A stretch of 64,000 nucleotides of DNA from Candidatus Limnocylindria bacterium. GTDB lineage: Bacteria; Verrucomicrobiota; Verrucomicrobiia; Limisphaerales; UBA9464. The stretch spans positions 5,723-69,722 of the forward strand of contig DATJII010000287.1 of the NCBI GenBank assembly GCA_035493435.1. Direction: 5' to 3'. Within the stretch, counting starts at the first letter, position 1. Every line of letters starts with the position of its first letter. The position numbers and the translations under genes are program-made. The notes beneath the pieces were generated by a model that saw nothing but the letters and a program-made list of their open reading frames with translations, was not told the DNA's origin and ran no database searches. Below, piece after piece: positions 27,902-38,332 of this stretch.

Positions 27902-28330
27902 CTACGGCTCAGTCCGTAGAGAAACCTGCCTCAGATAATCTTCGCCCGGTCGGACGACGCGGGCGCGGTCGGCTTCATGAACCCAATAGGACTTGTTTTG
28001 ATAGGGTACAAGGTGGAGAAGCTCCGGCGTGCCTCCGTCCAGGACCAGTGTCAACTCTGTGAGCCTGTCGTTGAATGTATATTGCCCTGAGGCCGCTGTC
28101 CCGGTGCCGCGGACATCGGTATAACGGATTTCTTTATAGTGGTTATCCGCCCGGAGCAGGATTCGGCGGCCGCCATGGGAATATCCACCGTGGTTATCAA
28201 GGACCATAAGCGAATGATCATCTGAGGCTTCAGGCGAGGCGTCCTTGGCCACCGGTTGGTTACAGCCAATCGCCAGAACGCACGTCAAGGCCACGCCCAA
28301 ACGAGTGGGAAACCAGTCATGGCGGATCAT
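27902..28330 (-). CDS. Hypothetical lipoprotein
   Basis: The 142 aa ORF has a lipobox (LTCVLAIGCNQ). I recognised no family. Confidence 0.5.
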   Translation of the reverse strand: MIRHDWFPTRLGVALTCVLAIGCNQPVAKDASPEASDDHSLMVLDNHGGYSHGGRRILLRADNHYKEIRYTDVRGTGTAASGQYTFNDRLTELTLVLDGGTPELLHLVPYQNKSYWVHEADRARVVRPGEDYLRQVSLRTEP

Positions 28331-28548
28331 CGCCCCAACATTAGCCCTCGTTTGAGGTCTGTCCAGAAACTCGGGCTTTCCCCGGCGGCAAGACTCTTGC
28401 TAGCAAAATCCGCGTTCCAAGCTGGAATGCCGCATCGGCGCCACCGGCCGAAGCGTCCGTATGGGGCGATGATCGATCGCCTTGTTGCCCTGGCCCAGGC
28501 GTGACCAGCGGCTTGAGTCCTATTCCCTAATTGTTCGAGAAACCTCCC

Positions 28549-28743
28549 ATGAAGACGGCGATTTTGATTCTCCTGACGGCGGTGGCGGGTTGCGCCTCGC
28601 GCCACATCCAACAAACCAGCGGTTATTCCGCCAATGGGCGTGTGGCCACGGCTGAGGAGATTGCCAGGGCGGCAAAGACCGGCAATATTCCCGGCTGGTT
28701 CCGGCCAGCGGATCGCCAGGCAGTTGAGAGGTTGCGGCATTGA
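28549..28743 (+). CDS. Small hypothetical lipoprotein
   Basis: MKTAILILLTAVAGCAS forms a lipobox. The product is 64 aa with no recognised family. Confidence 0.4.
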   Translation: MKTAILILLTAVAGCASRHIQQTSGYSANGRVATAEEIARAAKTGNIPGWFRPADRQAVERLRH

Positions 28744-28852
28744 AATCTCGGCGCACGGAAATCCCAGGGCTTGCCGGTTACCGCCCTTTTCAAGCCCGCC
28801 GATTTCACACTTGGTCGTTTATTCCCGCCGCGACATGATCGTGCCCACAATC

Positions 28853-29563
28853 ATGGAAAAGAACGCCGTTGTAACCGGAGCCGGTAGCGGAGTCGGCCGG
28901 GCCACCGTTTTGGAACTCCTGCGGCTGGGCTGGAAGGTCGCCGCCGTGGGACGCACTTCTGCCACGCTGGAAGAAACCGCCAGCCTCGCCGAAAGCCACC
29001 GATCCAATCTGTCCCTACACGTTTGCGACGTTGGTAAATCCGCCGACGTCAAAGCATTGGGAGAGAACGTCCAGCGTCAGTGGGGAACGGTCGAAGTACT
29101 GGTCAACGGAGCAGGCACAAACGCGCCCAAACGATCCCTGGAAATCCTCTCGGACGAGGACTACCACAACATGATCGATACGAACCTGAATGGGCCGTAC
29201 TACTGCACCCAAGCCTTCCTTCCCGGCATGCGGTCACGGCGTTCCGGGACGATCGTCAACGTGATTTCAGACGCCGGAAAACAGGCTTCCCCAAAAGCCG
29301 GCCCGGGCTACGCGATGTCCAAGTTCGGGCTCGCCGGCTTAAACCAAAGCATCAACGCCGAAGAACGGGGACGGGGAATTCGCGCCATCGCTATCTTCCC
29401 CGGGGATATCGATACCCCGCTCCTCAACAAGCGCCCGGCGCCGCCGGATGCTTCGGCACGCGCCACGATGCTCCGTCCGGAAGACGTCGCCGCATGCATC
29501 GTGTTCGCGATCCAATTGCCGCAGCACGCGGTGATCGAGGAATTGATCATCCGGCCGCGATAG
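28853..29563 (+). CDS. Short-chain dehydrogenase/reductase (SDR)
   Basis: Motifs: MEKNAVVTGAGSGVGRA (TGxxxGxG), NGAG and YAMSKFG (YxxxK). An alternative start is at 28835. Confidence 0.85.
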   Translation: MEKNAVVTGAGSGVGRATVLELLRLGWKVAAVGRTSATLEETASLAESHRSNLSLHVCDVGKSADVKALGENVQRQWGTVEVLVNGAGTNAPKRSLEILSDEDYHNMIDTNLNGPYYCTQAFLPGMRSRRSGTIVNVISDAGKQASPKAGPGYAMSKFGLAGLNQSINAEERGRGIRAIAIFPGDIDTPLLNKRPAPPDASARATMLRPEDVAACIVFAIQLPQHAVIEELIIRPR

Positions 29564-29591
29564 GAAGCAGCGGCCGGTGAGATCCGAGGGG

Positions 29592-30821
29592 TCAGCGCCC
29601 GCGCGCTGGTCCGAAATAATAGCCCTTGCCAATGCGTGCCCCGCGGGACTTGCGCGGCGGGGCGCCGCCACCAAGCCGTTGCTGGTCGAATAACGCAGTA
29701 TACTGATAAGGGAAAGTCTCCAACTTAAGCCGCTCGATCTTCTGCTTGATATAGCGCTCGATGGCATGCACGTAGGGGGCATCGCCCGCCACGAACAAGG
29801 TCAGGGCGTCGCCTGTCGCCTTGGCCCGGCCCGTACGGCCAGCGCGGTGCACATAGTCCTCGGCCGACTCCGGCACGTCGAAATTAATGACGTGGGTCAC
29901 GTCCGAGATATCCAGGCCGCGCGAGGCAATATCCGTGGCGACAAGGACTTCGTATTTACCGTCCTTGAAGCCCTTCAACGCCTGCTCGCGCTGGGACTGG
30001 GAACGGTCCGAGTGAATGGCCGTCGCGCGATGGCGATTCAGGCGCAGGAACGACGCGACAGTATCGGCCTGGCGCCGGGTACGGCAGAAAATGATGATGC
30101 TCTGCCAGTGAAGCTGCTCCAGCAACGCCAGCAAAAGTTCCTTCTTTTGCCCTTCGGCCACCGGGTAAAGCACGTGCTTGACCGTCGTCGCCATCGTAGG
30201 ATCGCGGTCGATCTGGATTCGGACCGGCTTGGTCATCGCCCACGTGGTCAGTGACTCGATCGCCGGCGGCACGGTCGCGGAGAAAAGGCAGGTTTGGCGA
30301 ATCTTCGCACACTTCATGATGATCCGCCGGACGTCCGGCAAAAATCCCATGTCGAGCATCCGATCGGCCTCATCCAAGACGAGGAAAGAGGTGAGATTCA
30401 ACTTCAGTATTCCTGTGGAAAGATGGTCCAGGAGGCGCCCCGGAGTTCCCACGAGCACATCCACACCGCGCGCCAGTTCTTCGCGCTGCTTTCCGTAACC
30501 AACGCCGCCATACGAGAGGCCGCAACGGAGTTTGGTGTACTTGGCAAATTTGACGAAATTCTCGTGGGTCTGCACCGCCAGTTCACGGGTCGGGGCGAGT
30601 ACGAGACAACGCGGCCCGGGGCCGTGGGGCCCGAGTTTGTGCAGGATGGGCAGGGCGAACGCCGCTGTCTTGCCGGTGCCAGTCTGGGCCGAGCCAATCA
30701 CGTCCTGGCCAGCCATTAAAATCGGGATTGCTTGCGCCTGGATTGGCGTGGGCTCCGTGTAGCCCAATTCTGTTACCGCATCGAGAATCGCAGCTCGAAA
30801 ACCGAGCTCTGGAAATGTCAT
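29592..30821 (-). CDS. DEAD-box ATP-dependent RNA helicase (RhlE-like)
   Basis: It starts at MTFPELGF. Motifs: PTPIQ, AQTGTGKT, VLDEADRM, SAT and HRAGRTGR. I derived the start coordinate from the ORF-track frame. Confidence 0.9.
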   Translation of the reverse strand: MTFPELGFRAAILDAVTELGYTEPTPIQAQAIPILMAGQDVIGSAQTGTGKTAAFALPILHKLGPHGPGPRCLVLAPTRELAVQTHENFVKFAKYTKLRCGLSYGGVGYGKQREELARGVDVLVGTPGRLLDHLSTGILKLNLTSFLVLDEADRMLDMGFLPDVRRIIMKCAKIRQTCLFSATVPPAIESLTTWAMTKPVRIQIDRDPTMATTVKHVLYPVAEGQKKELLLALLEQLHWQSIIIFCRTRRQADTVASFLRLNRHRATAIHSDRSQSQREQALKGFKDGKYEVLVATDIASRGLDISDVTHVINFDVPESAEDYVHRAGRTGRAKATGDALTLFVAGDAPYVHAIERYIKQKIERLKLETFPYQYTALFDQQRLGGGAPPRKSRGARIGKGYYFGPARGR

Positions 30822-30930
30822 TCGTGGGTACTCTACACTAAAAAATAGCGGACGGCTACATCGGAAGCGACCTCCCAGCTTTCCCAATCCGCGTTGCTTT
30901 TTCTGTCCGAAACGCCAGTCTCCCAAGCCA

Positions 30931-31956
30931 ATGGAACCCACGGCTTGGTTTTATGCGGTCCAGGGCCAGCAACATGGTCCCGTTTCAGTGGAAGAACTTC
31001 GTCGGCTCGTGGAGCAAGGGGTGGTTCGCAACGAAACACTGGTGTGGCAGGTCGGGATGCCCTCGTGGCAACCGTTTGCCACGGTGCGCCAAGTCGTGTT
31101 CCCTCTGGAGCCGGCATCGGTTCCCCAGGGGGAGGCGGGAAACCCGAGGGAAGGCGCCCCACCACTCCCAGTGAATCCCATACCTACTCCCAACGAACGA
31201 CGATGGGCCACCCTCGAAGAAGTCGCTGCCCGGGACTACGAATTTGACTATGGCGCGCGGATCAGTGAGGCGTTCGAAGTATTGACCAAACCCAACTGGA
31301 CGACGTTTTGGGCGGTGCTGGTGGGATTTCTCTGCATTTTGGCGACCGGTTTGGTTCCCTTTTCCTTCGGATTGGTGACCCTGCTCACGAAGGGGCCCCT
31401 GCTCGGCGGCATCTATCTTACCGCACTAAAGAAACGAAGAACCGGCACGGTCGCGGTTGGAGACGTCTTTCAAGGCTTCGGTGCCCGCTTTGGGGTACTG
31501 ATTGGCGCTCATATTCTGAGCGGTCTCGTCGCCTTCATCCCTTTCCTTTTTGGTTTGAGCGTAATGGCGGCGAACCTGGCCGCCCGCGGATTCTTCCATG
31601 GACCACCCCCCAATGATCCAGCTGAGATTTTATTGCTATTAATACCGGGTATCGCCGCCCTCATAATATCCGGCCTGGTTAGTTTTGTATTATACTCCCT
31701 GGTGCAATGGACGGTTCCACTCGTGGCGGACAAAGGGCTGGGCCCGGTCGAAGCACTTGGCCTGGGATGGCGGGTCGCCAGGAAACACTGGTTTTCCCAC
31801 GTGCTTCTCTTGCTCCTGGCCAAGCTCATCGAGTTCGCGGGCACACTTGCCTTCTGCCTGGGCCTGGCCTTTGCGGTGCCCCTGAACGCGACCATCTACG
31901 CAGTCCAGTATGAGAAGCTCTTCGGCGACCTGGAACCGCGGGCAAAGCGCGTTTGA
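30931..31956 (+). CDS. GYF_2 (DUF4339) domain fused to a multi-pass membrane domain (DUF975-like)
   Basis: The N-terminus WFYAVQGQQHGPVSVEELRRLVEQGVVRNETLVWQVGMPSWQP is a GYF_2 domain. It is followed by 5-6 predicted TM helices. Confidence 0.7.
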   Translation: MEPTAWFYAVQGQQHGPVSVEELRRLVEQGVVRNETLVWQVGMPSWQPFATVRQVVFPLEPASVPQGEAGNPREGAPPLPVNPIPTPNERRWATLEEVAARDYEFDYGARISEAFEVLTKPNWTTFWAVLVGFLCILATGLVPFSFGLVTLLTKGPLLGGIYLTALKKRRTGTVAVGDVFQGFGARFGVLIGAHILSGLVAFIPFLFGLSVMAANLAARGFFHGPPPNDPAEILLLLIPGIAALIISGLVSFVLYSLVQWTVPLVADKGLGPVEALGLGWRVARKHWFSHVLLLLLAKLIEFAGTLAFCLGLAFAVPLNATIYAVQYEKLFGDLEPRAKRV

Positions 31957-31985
31957 CAGGCGGAGAAGCGGCGCTTGCTTTAGCG

Positions 31986-33473
31986 ATGAAAACCAACGTG
32001 GCGGGCTCGCCGCCGACTAGCATCGTTTGGTTCCGGCTCGACTTGCGGCTGGCCGACAATCCGGCGTTGACCGCCGCCGTGGCGGCGGGAGGGGCGGTGG
32101 TGCCGGTTTATATCTGGGCTCCCGATGAGGAGGCTCCCTGGCAGCCAGGAGGCGCATCCCGCTGGTGGCTGCATCGGTCACTCGCCAGCCTGACCCGCTC
32201 GCTGGAAGCGCTCGGATCCCGTCTGATTGTCCTGCGTGGCCCGACACTGCCAACCCTGCAAAAACTGGCCCGGGACACTGGCGCACAAAATATCTTTTGG
32301 AATCGGCGCTATGAACCCGCGCTGCTGGCGCGCGATAAACATATCAAGGACACTTTGCGGGCCGCCGGGCTGACAGCGGAGAGCAGCAACAGCGCCCTCC
32401 TCCATGAACCCTGGACTATCGCCACCAAGTCCAGGGGGCCTTATCAGGTTTTTACTCCCTATTGGAAAGCGTGCCTCGCCGGCCCCAATCCGGCGCTTCC
32501 CCTTTCGGTGCCCAAAGAGATCAAAGCCCCCGCCTCCTGGCCACAAGGAGTGCTGTTATCCGATCTCATGTTGGAACCCACGATTCCTTGGGACACAGGC
32601 CTGCGTTTGGCTTGGGAACCGGGAGAGGCAGCCGGTCTGAAGATGATTTCCCGGTGCTTCCAATCGATCTTCGAAAACTATTCGGAAGGACGAAACCGGC
32701 CAGACCAGGCAGGGACGTCCCGGCTTTCGCCCTATCTCCACTTCGGCGAAATCAGTCCCCGGCAAATCTGGCATGTCTTGCGAGCAACGGCGGAAAAGAG
32801 GGCTTGGCCCATCACAGAATGGCGGAGTTCGCAGTTCCTGGCCGAGATTGGCTGGCGTGAATTCGCGCACCACCTGCTCTACCATTTTCCCAAAACGCCG
32901 GAACATCCCCTGCGTACCGAATGGGAGGGATTCTCCTGGCCAAAACTGGATCGGGTCGCCCTGCAGGCTTGGACCCAAGGCCGAACTGGATATCCCATCG
33001 TCGACGCAGGCCTGCGCGAACTTTGGTCGACCGGTTGGATGCACAACCGGGTGCGGATGATTGTGGCTTCGTTTTTGACCAAGGACTTGCTCATTCCCTG
33101 GCAGGAAGGTGCCCGCTGGTTTTGGAATACGCTCGTGGACGCCGACCTCGCGTCCAACACCTTGGGCTGGCAGTGGACCTCAGGCTGCGGTGCCGATGCC
33201 GCTCCCTATTTCCGAGTCTTCAATCCGATCAGCCAAGGACAGAAATTCGATCCGAAGGGAGACTACGTCCGGCGCTGGGTTCCCGAACTCGCGCGTTTGT
33301 CCGCGGAGGAAATCCACGCTCCTTGGGAGGCGACGCCCCTGTCCTTGGCCAGCGCCGGAGTGACCTTGGGCAAAACCTATCCCCACCCCATCGTGGACCA
33401 TAACCAAGCCCGCCAACGGGCGCTGAACCTCTACGACGCGTTTCGGGAAGCGAAGCGCCCAGTATCGGAGTGA
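31986..33473 (+). CDS. phrB: Deoxyribodipyrimidine photolyase (class I CPD photolyase / cryptochrome family)
   Basis: Motifs: IVWFRLDLRLADNPAL, TGYPIVDAGLRELWSTGWMHNRVRMIVASFLTKDL, DADLASNTLGWQW, APYFRVFNP. Confidence 0.9.
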   Translation: MKTNVAGSPPTSIVWFRLDLRLADNPALTAAVAAGGAVVPVYIWAPDEEAPWQPGGASRWWLHRSLASLTRSLEALGSRLIVLRGPTLPTLQKLARDTGAQNIFWNRRYEPALLARDKHIKDTLRAAGLTAESSNSALLHEPWTIATKSRGPYQVFTPYWKACLAGPNPALPLSVPKEIKAPASWPQGVLLSDLMLEPTIPWDTGLRLAWEPGEAAGLKMISRCFQSIFENYSEGRNRPDQAGTSRLSPYLHFGEISPRQIWHVLRATAEKRAWPITEWRSSQFLAEIGWREFAHHLLYHFPKTPEHPLRTEWEGFSWPKLDRVALQAWTQGRTGYPIVDAGLRELWSTGWMHNRVRMIVASFLTKDLLIPWQEGARWFWNTLVDADLASNTLGWQWTSGCGADAAPYFRVFNPISQGQKFDPKGDYVRRWVPELARLSAEEIHAPWEATPLSLASAGVTLGKTYPHPIVDHNQARQRALNLYDAFREAKRPVSE

Positions 33474-33545
33474 GGGCGGGGCTGGAAACTGTTCAAGTTT
33501 CTGAATTCACCTGCTGTCCACGATGCGGTACTTTCCCGTAGCCGC

Positions 33546-34385
33546 ATGGAATTGCCACGCCTCAGTGTCGTCGTCCGCACCTTTGATTCCGAATCTACCC
33601 TGCCCATGGTGCTCAAGCGGCTGGATCTGGAACCCGGAGACGAACTCATCGTCGTGGACTCTGGATCGACCGACAAAACACTGGAAATCGCCCGGGCGTT
33701 CCAAGCGAAGATCATCCAATTGCCTCCGGGAACCTTCACCTATGATGGCGCACTCAACACGGGTTTCGGAGCCGCCAGCAAAGCCTGGGTACTTAGCCTA
33801 AGTTCCCATTGTCTGCCCGAAAACGGTGACCTCCTCGCCCGGTACCGCAATGCGATCTCGCGGGTGGACGAGCGGGTCACGGCCATGGTTGGCCCGATTG
33901 TTGGTGAACACGGTAATCCCATCCCTTCGGGGCTGACTTTCTACGTTCAAGGGGAATTGACCCGTGGTTTTGGCTTCGGAGCCGGCAATCCAAATACTCT
34001 CTATCGCCGCACCGCTTGGGAAAAACGCCCCTTCTTTATTCCTGACGGCGGCCATGGTGAGGATTTTCGCTGGTACTTTGCCGCCCTGGCGGCCGGTGAA
34101 ACCCTAGTCGGCGTCCATGCCGCCGAAGTGCGATATATTTCCAAACGATCCATGTCGCATTTCTACACCAAGGGCCAAATGGACTACCGCATCGGGAATG
34201 AGCTGGGCTTCGGCTATCAGCCTAGTTTCAAAGGTTTTATTGTCCGATTGGTCAAAGTCACCGCGTTTCTGGTGATCGGGAAAATGACCTTCCATGCCGC
34301 AAAGGCAAGTGGCGCGCATTACACTGGATTTTACCTCCAAGCCCTGCAGCAACGGCGCGCGGCGCGGCGGAAACCAGCGGCCTAG
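33546..34385 (+). CDS. Family 2 glycosyltransferase
   Basis: Motifs: LSVVVRTFDSESTLPMVLKRL and ELIVVDSGSTDKTLEIA. Confidence 0.8.
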   Translation: MELPRLSVVVRTFDSESTLPMVLKRLDLEPGDELIVVDSGSTDKTLEIARAFQAKIIQLPPGTFTYDGALNTGFGAASKAWVLSLSSHCLPENGDLLARYRNAISRVDERVTAMVGPIVGEHGNPIPSGLTFYVQGELTRGFGFGAGNPNTLYRRTAWEKRPFFIPDGGHGEDFRWYFAALAAGETLVGVHAAEVRYISKRSMSHFYTKGQMDYRIGNELGFGYQPSFKGFIVRLVKVTAFLVIGKMTFHAAKASGAHYTGFYLQALQQRRAARRKPAA

Positions 34386-34458
34386 GCGGCCAGTCTCGTC
34401 CGCCAATGCTGGCTTTCGTGCTGGATCGCGGTCCTCAAGACCGCTAAATAACCCGGAA

Positions 34459-37400
34459 ATGCCAGCCTCCGTTCCTTCTTGGTTCGTCTCTTTGGCAGCC
34501 TGCCTGTCGGCGATTGCGCTGGACTCCGCCCTCCACGCGCAAAATTTCCCTGAGCCCACCAACTCCCAGCTCGGCGTGGAACCCATGACACCGGCGGAGG
34601 CGGCGAAGAGTTTTCATCTGCCAGAAGGCTTTCAGGTCAGTGTTTTTGCTGCTGAACCAGACGTCCGCCAACCGATCGCGATGACCACTGACGCCCGGGG
34701 TCGATTGTGGGTGGCCGAGAATTATACCTACGGCGACACCAAGGAGAATTACCGAACCGACCTCAATGACCGGGTCCTGATATTTGAGGACACGGATAAC
34801 GATGGTCATTTCGATAAAAGAACGATTTTCTGGGATCAGGCCAAAATCCTGACCAGCGTCGAGGTAGGCATGGGCGGCGTATTCCTGCTTTGCCCGCCCC
34901 AGTTGCTATTTGTGCCCGACCGCAATGCTGACGGCGTGCCTGATGGAAAACCGGAGGTGGTGCTCGACGGATTCGACAATGTCAGTGCTGGCCGTCACAC
35001 CTTTCCGAATGGCTTGAAATGGGGCCCGGATGGCTGGCTCTGGGGGCGTATCGGCATCTCGACCGGAGCCCACGTCGGGCCGCCGGGAGCTTCCGCCAAG
35101 GAACGCGTGGAAATGCGCGGCGGGATCTGGCGCTACCATCCGCAACGGCACGTCGTCGAGGCCGTGAGCCATGGCACCACCAATCCCTGGGGACTGGATT
35201 GGAACGAGGTCGGTGAGCCGTTTTTCATTAACACTGTCATCGGTCACCTGTGGCACGCCATTCCCGGCGCGCATTTCCGCCGGATGCACGGCGAAGACGT
35301 CAATCCCCACAGCTATATATTGATTGACCAGCACGCGGACCACTATCACTTCGACACCGGAGCCGGTTGGACCAAATCCCGCGCCGCGTCCGACGGAAGT
35401 TTCGCGGCGGGCAGTGACAACCTCGGCGGCGGGCATGCCCACGCGGGACTGATGATCTACCAGGGCGAGAATTGGCCCGAACAATACCGGGGCCAAGTCT
35501 TTACGCTCAACCTCCATGGACGGCGCATTAACCAGGATCGATTGGAACGCGATGGATCGGGCTATGTCGGCAGGCACGGCGCCGATCTCCTGTCCATCGG
35601 CGACCCCTGGTTTCGAGGGCTCGATCTAATCGCCGGGCCGGACGGTGGCGTCTATATTGCCGATTGGTCGGACACCGGCGAATGCCACGAGAACGACGGC
35701 GTGCATCGCACTTCCGGCCGGATCTATAAAGTGACCTACGGCACTCCGGCAAAGCCCGGGATCAAGGATCTCACGCAGCTTGCGGATGCCGATCTCGTGC
35801 CGCTCGTGCTGGACCACAATGAATGGTATTCTAGGCAGTCGCGCCGCCTGCTCGCCGATCATCACGCCGCAGGTGCGAATTCGCTCTCCACCGCTGGAAT
35901 GCTCCAAGACCTTTATAGCCGCCAGACCACTTCCCCAGGGAAACTGCGCGCCTTGTGGGCACTCAACGCCGTGGGCGGTGCCAGCACCCCCTGGCTGCTG
36001 CAACAGACCCGATCAGGTGATGAATATGTCCGGAGTTGGGCCGTGCGCCTCCTAACCGATTGGTGGGCGGCCAACGACCTCACCCCGGCTGCCACCGTGG
36101 ATATCGGCATCGAGACCCCACTCGACCAGATCCGTGACCGGTTCCACACGATGAGCGTCGAAGACCGGTCGGCCCTGGTTCGCCTCTATCTCGCGTCGTC
36201 CATCCAACGGGTATCCAAGCGGGCCGCCCTGGAAATCGCCACCGGCCTCCTGGGACGCACTGGCGACGAGAAGGATCATAACTTGGGCCTCCTTCTGTGG
36301 TACGGCCTCGAACCCCTGGTGGCGGCAGATCCCAACGAGGGCGTAATCCTGGCCAAAGCCAGCAAGTTTAGCGTGATCAAACAACTCGTCACACGTCGGC
36401 TGGCAGAAACGATTCCTCAGAATCCGCGTCCCATCACAGAGATTCTCGCTGCAATTCAAGACCTATCCGATGCCGAAAAAATTCCTTATCTATACGGATT
36501 GGCCAACGCCCTCAAAGGTTTGCGCAAATGCCCCATGCCTCCCGGCTGGGATACCTTTTCCACGCGGGCGCTCGCGGGCGGAAACCGGGAAATTGTGGCG
36601 TTGGTAAATAGCATCGCGATCGTGTTCGGCGATGGCCGTCCCCTGGAACAATTGCGGACTGTCGCCACCAATATTGCCAGCGGACCCCTGATTCGGAAGG
36701 ACGCCATCGGAACTTTGGTGGACAACCAGCCGGAAAACCTGGCGCCGCTTCTCAGATCACTTCTGGGTGACGCCTTTGTGCGAGCCCCCGCGATGGTCGG
36801 GCTGCTGAAACTGGGTGACACCAACGCGCCTCAAAAGGCGCTTGAGATGTTCGGCCGCCTGGACTCACAGGAAAAAGGCGAACTAATGGCGGCCTTGGTG
36901 CTCCGTCCCGCTTCGGCGCACGCGGTGCTAGATGCCATGGCGGCAGGGCAACTATCCAAGAATAGTCTCACCCCAGTCCTCGCACGGCAGATAGCCAGTC
37001 TCAACGATCCCAAGATTAGCAAACAACTGGGTGAAGTCTGGGGTTCGGTTCGCGCCACCGAAGATGCCAAAATCCAGCAGATGGCCAAGATCAGGCAATG
37101 GGTAACCTCATCGGGCAAACCCGTCCCCGATCTAACCCACGGCCGCCTAACCTTTGATCGTATCTGCGCCGGCTGCCATCGCCTCTATGACAAGGGCAAG
37201 GATGTGGGCCCCAACCTGACCGGTTCCGGACGGGCCAACCTCGACTACCTGCTAAGCAACATCGTCGATCCCAACGGCTTGGTCCCGGGAGAATATAAGA
37301 TGACGGTGCTCACCCTCAAGGACGGCCGGGTGCTCAACGGTATCACCCGCCGCCCCTCGGATCTCAGCGTCACCCTCCAAACCGCCACCGACGCCGTTAC

Positions 37401-37548
37401 CGTCGACCGCAAGGACATCGAAAGCATGGAACAGTCCGACCAATCGATGATGCCCGAAGGCCTGCTCGACACCCTCAAGGAAACCGAAGTCAGGGATTTG
37501 CTCGCCTATCTAATGGCAGATCATCAGGTGGCTTTGCCTACCAATTGA
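34459..37548 (+). CDS. PVC-type membrane-bound-dehydrogenase-domain / HEAT-repeat / CxxCH heme-binding protein
   Basis: After a signal peptide it has MTPAEAAKSFHLPEGFQVSVFAAEPDVRQPIAMTTDARGRLWVAE. A HEAT-like helical middle follows. The C-terminal cytochrome c domain contains FDRICAGCHRLYDKGKDVGPNLTG and MPEGLL. Confidence 0.85.
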   Translation: MPASVPSWFVSLAACLSAIALDSALHAQNFPEPTNSQLGVEPMTPAEAAKSFHLPEGFQVSVFAAEPDVRQPIAMTTDARGRLWVAENYTYGDTKENYRTDLNDRVLIFEDTDNDGHFDKRTIFWDQAKILTSVEVGMGGVFLLCPPQLLFVPDRNADGVPDGKPEVVLDGFDNVSAGRHTFPNGLKWGPDGWLWGRIGISTGAHVGPPGASAKERVEMRGGIWRYHPQRHVVEAVSHGTTNPWGLDWNEVGEPFFINTVIGHLWHAIPGAHFRRMHGEDVNPHSYILIDQHADHYHFDTGAGWTKSRAASDGSFAAGSDNLGGGHAHAGLMIYQGENWPEQYRGQVFTLNLHGRRINQDRLERDGSGYVGRHGADLLSIGDPWFRGLDLIAGPDGGVYIADWSDTGECHENDGVHRTSGRIYKVTYGTPAKPGIKDLTQLADADLVPLVLDHNEWYSRQSRRLLADHHAAGANSLSTAGMLQDLYSRQTTSPGKLRALWALNAVGGASTPWLLQQTRSGDEYVRSWAVRLLTDWWAANDLTPAATVDIGIETPLDQIRDRFHTMSVEDRSALVRLYLASSIQRVSKRAALEIATGLLGRTGDEKDHNLGLLLWYGLEPLVAADPNEGVILAKASKFSVIKQLVTRRLAETIPQNPRPITEILAAIQDLSDAEKIPYLYGLANALKGLRKCPMPPGWDTFSTRALAGGNREIVALVNSIAIVFGDGRPLEQLRTVATNIASGPLIRKDAIGTLVDNQPENLAPLLRSLLGDAFVRAPAMVGLLKLGDTNAPQKALEMFGRLDSQEKGELMAALVLRPASAHAVLDAMAAGQLSKNSLTPVLARQIASLNDPKISKQLGEVWGSVRATEDAKIQQMAKIRQWVTSSGKPVPDLTHGRLTFDRICAGCHRLYDKGKDVGPNLTGSGRANLDYLLSNIVDPNGLVPGEYKMTVLTLKDGRVLNGITRRPSDLSVTLQTATDAVTVDRKDIESMEQSDQSMMPEGLLDTLKETEVRDLLAYLMADHQVALPTN

Positions 37549-38332
37549 ATCAGCCACACCCACCCACCAATTGTCCGATGCCCTCCCAGGTTGATTCCAA
37601 AAACCCACGCTCTCCAACACCGGGCAAATAGGCGTCAAATCCCTCCCCGCGAACATCAGACACGCACGGCGAGCGACTACCACACGGCAGGCCAAGCAAG
37701 TTCCTACCACCTCGCCAGAGTGACATCCTCCCTCTGCGACACAAATTCGCACAATCCAATACCATGTGCCGTGGCCTGGAAACGGCAAGTGACGGTACGG
37801 CAACAAATGCCCACGTCCGATCAACAGCGACTTCGAACCGAGCTTGTCCCCACCTCTTCACGGTCTACGAAAAGCGATCCTGGGACCGAACCAAAACTGA
37901 GACCGAACCTCGCGGCCCACAAACAGACTCGGTCGACACGATGGAAATCCATGGCGTTATCTCCCCTTTCTCCGGAGGCTAAAATCACCCTGAACAGCGT
38001 TCTCCATCCTATCGCTTCCTTTTGTAATCTTCAAGAATCCAATCGCAGTTCAAAAACGGCACCCGTCGCGATTTGCACATATGCCTCGGACACACAAGCC
38101 CATTTCTCCGTTTCGTTCCACTTCCAATCCTCACGCAACCATCTAATCCACAAACATTTGCTTCGATCAAAAAGCCCATTCTCATTAATGAATTACCAAA
38201 AGTTTTGCATCCGTTTCATCTGTAATCATTACCGATGTCAAGAATCACGCAAAAAGTTCTTGCTGTCGACACTCCATGTGTTTCAATCGGAAACGAAACT
38301 AGGCGACACGCGCACTCCGCCCAATCCACAAA

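Noticed and set aside
37552-37570. A G-run on the minus strand (GGTGGGTGGGTGTGG) as a potential G-quadruplex at the start of the skewed region.
   Set aside because: Only two GGG tracts are present, whereas four are needed for a canonical intramolecular quadruplex.
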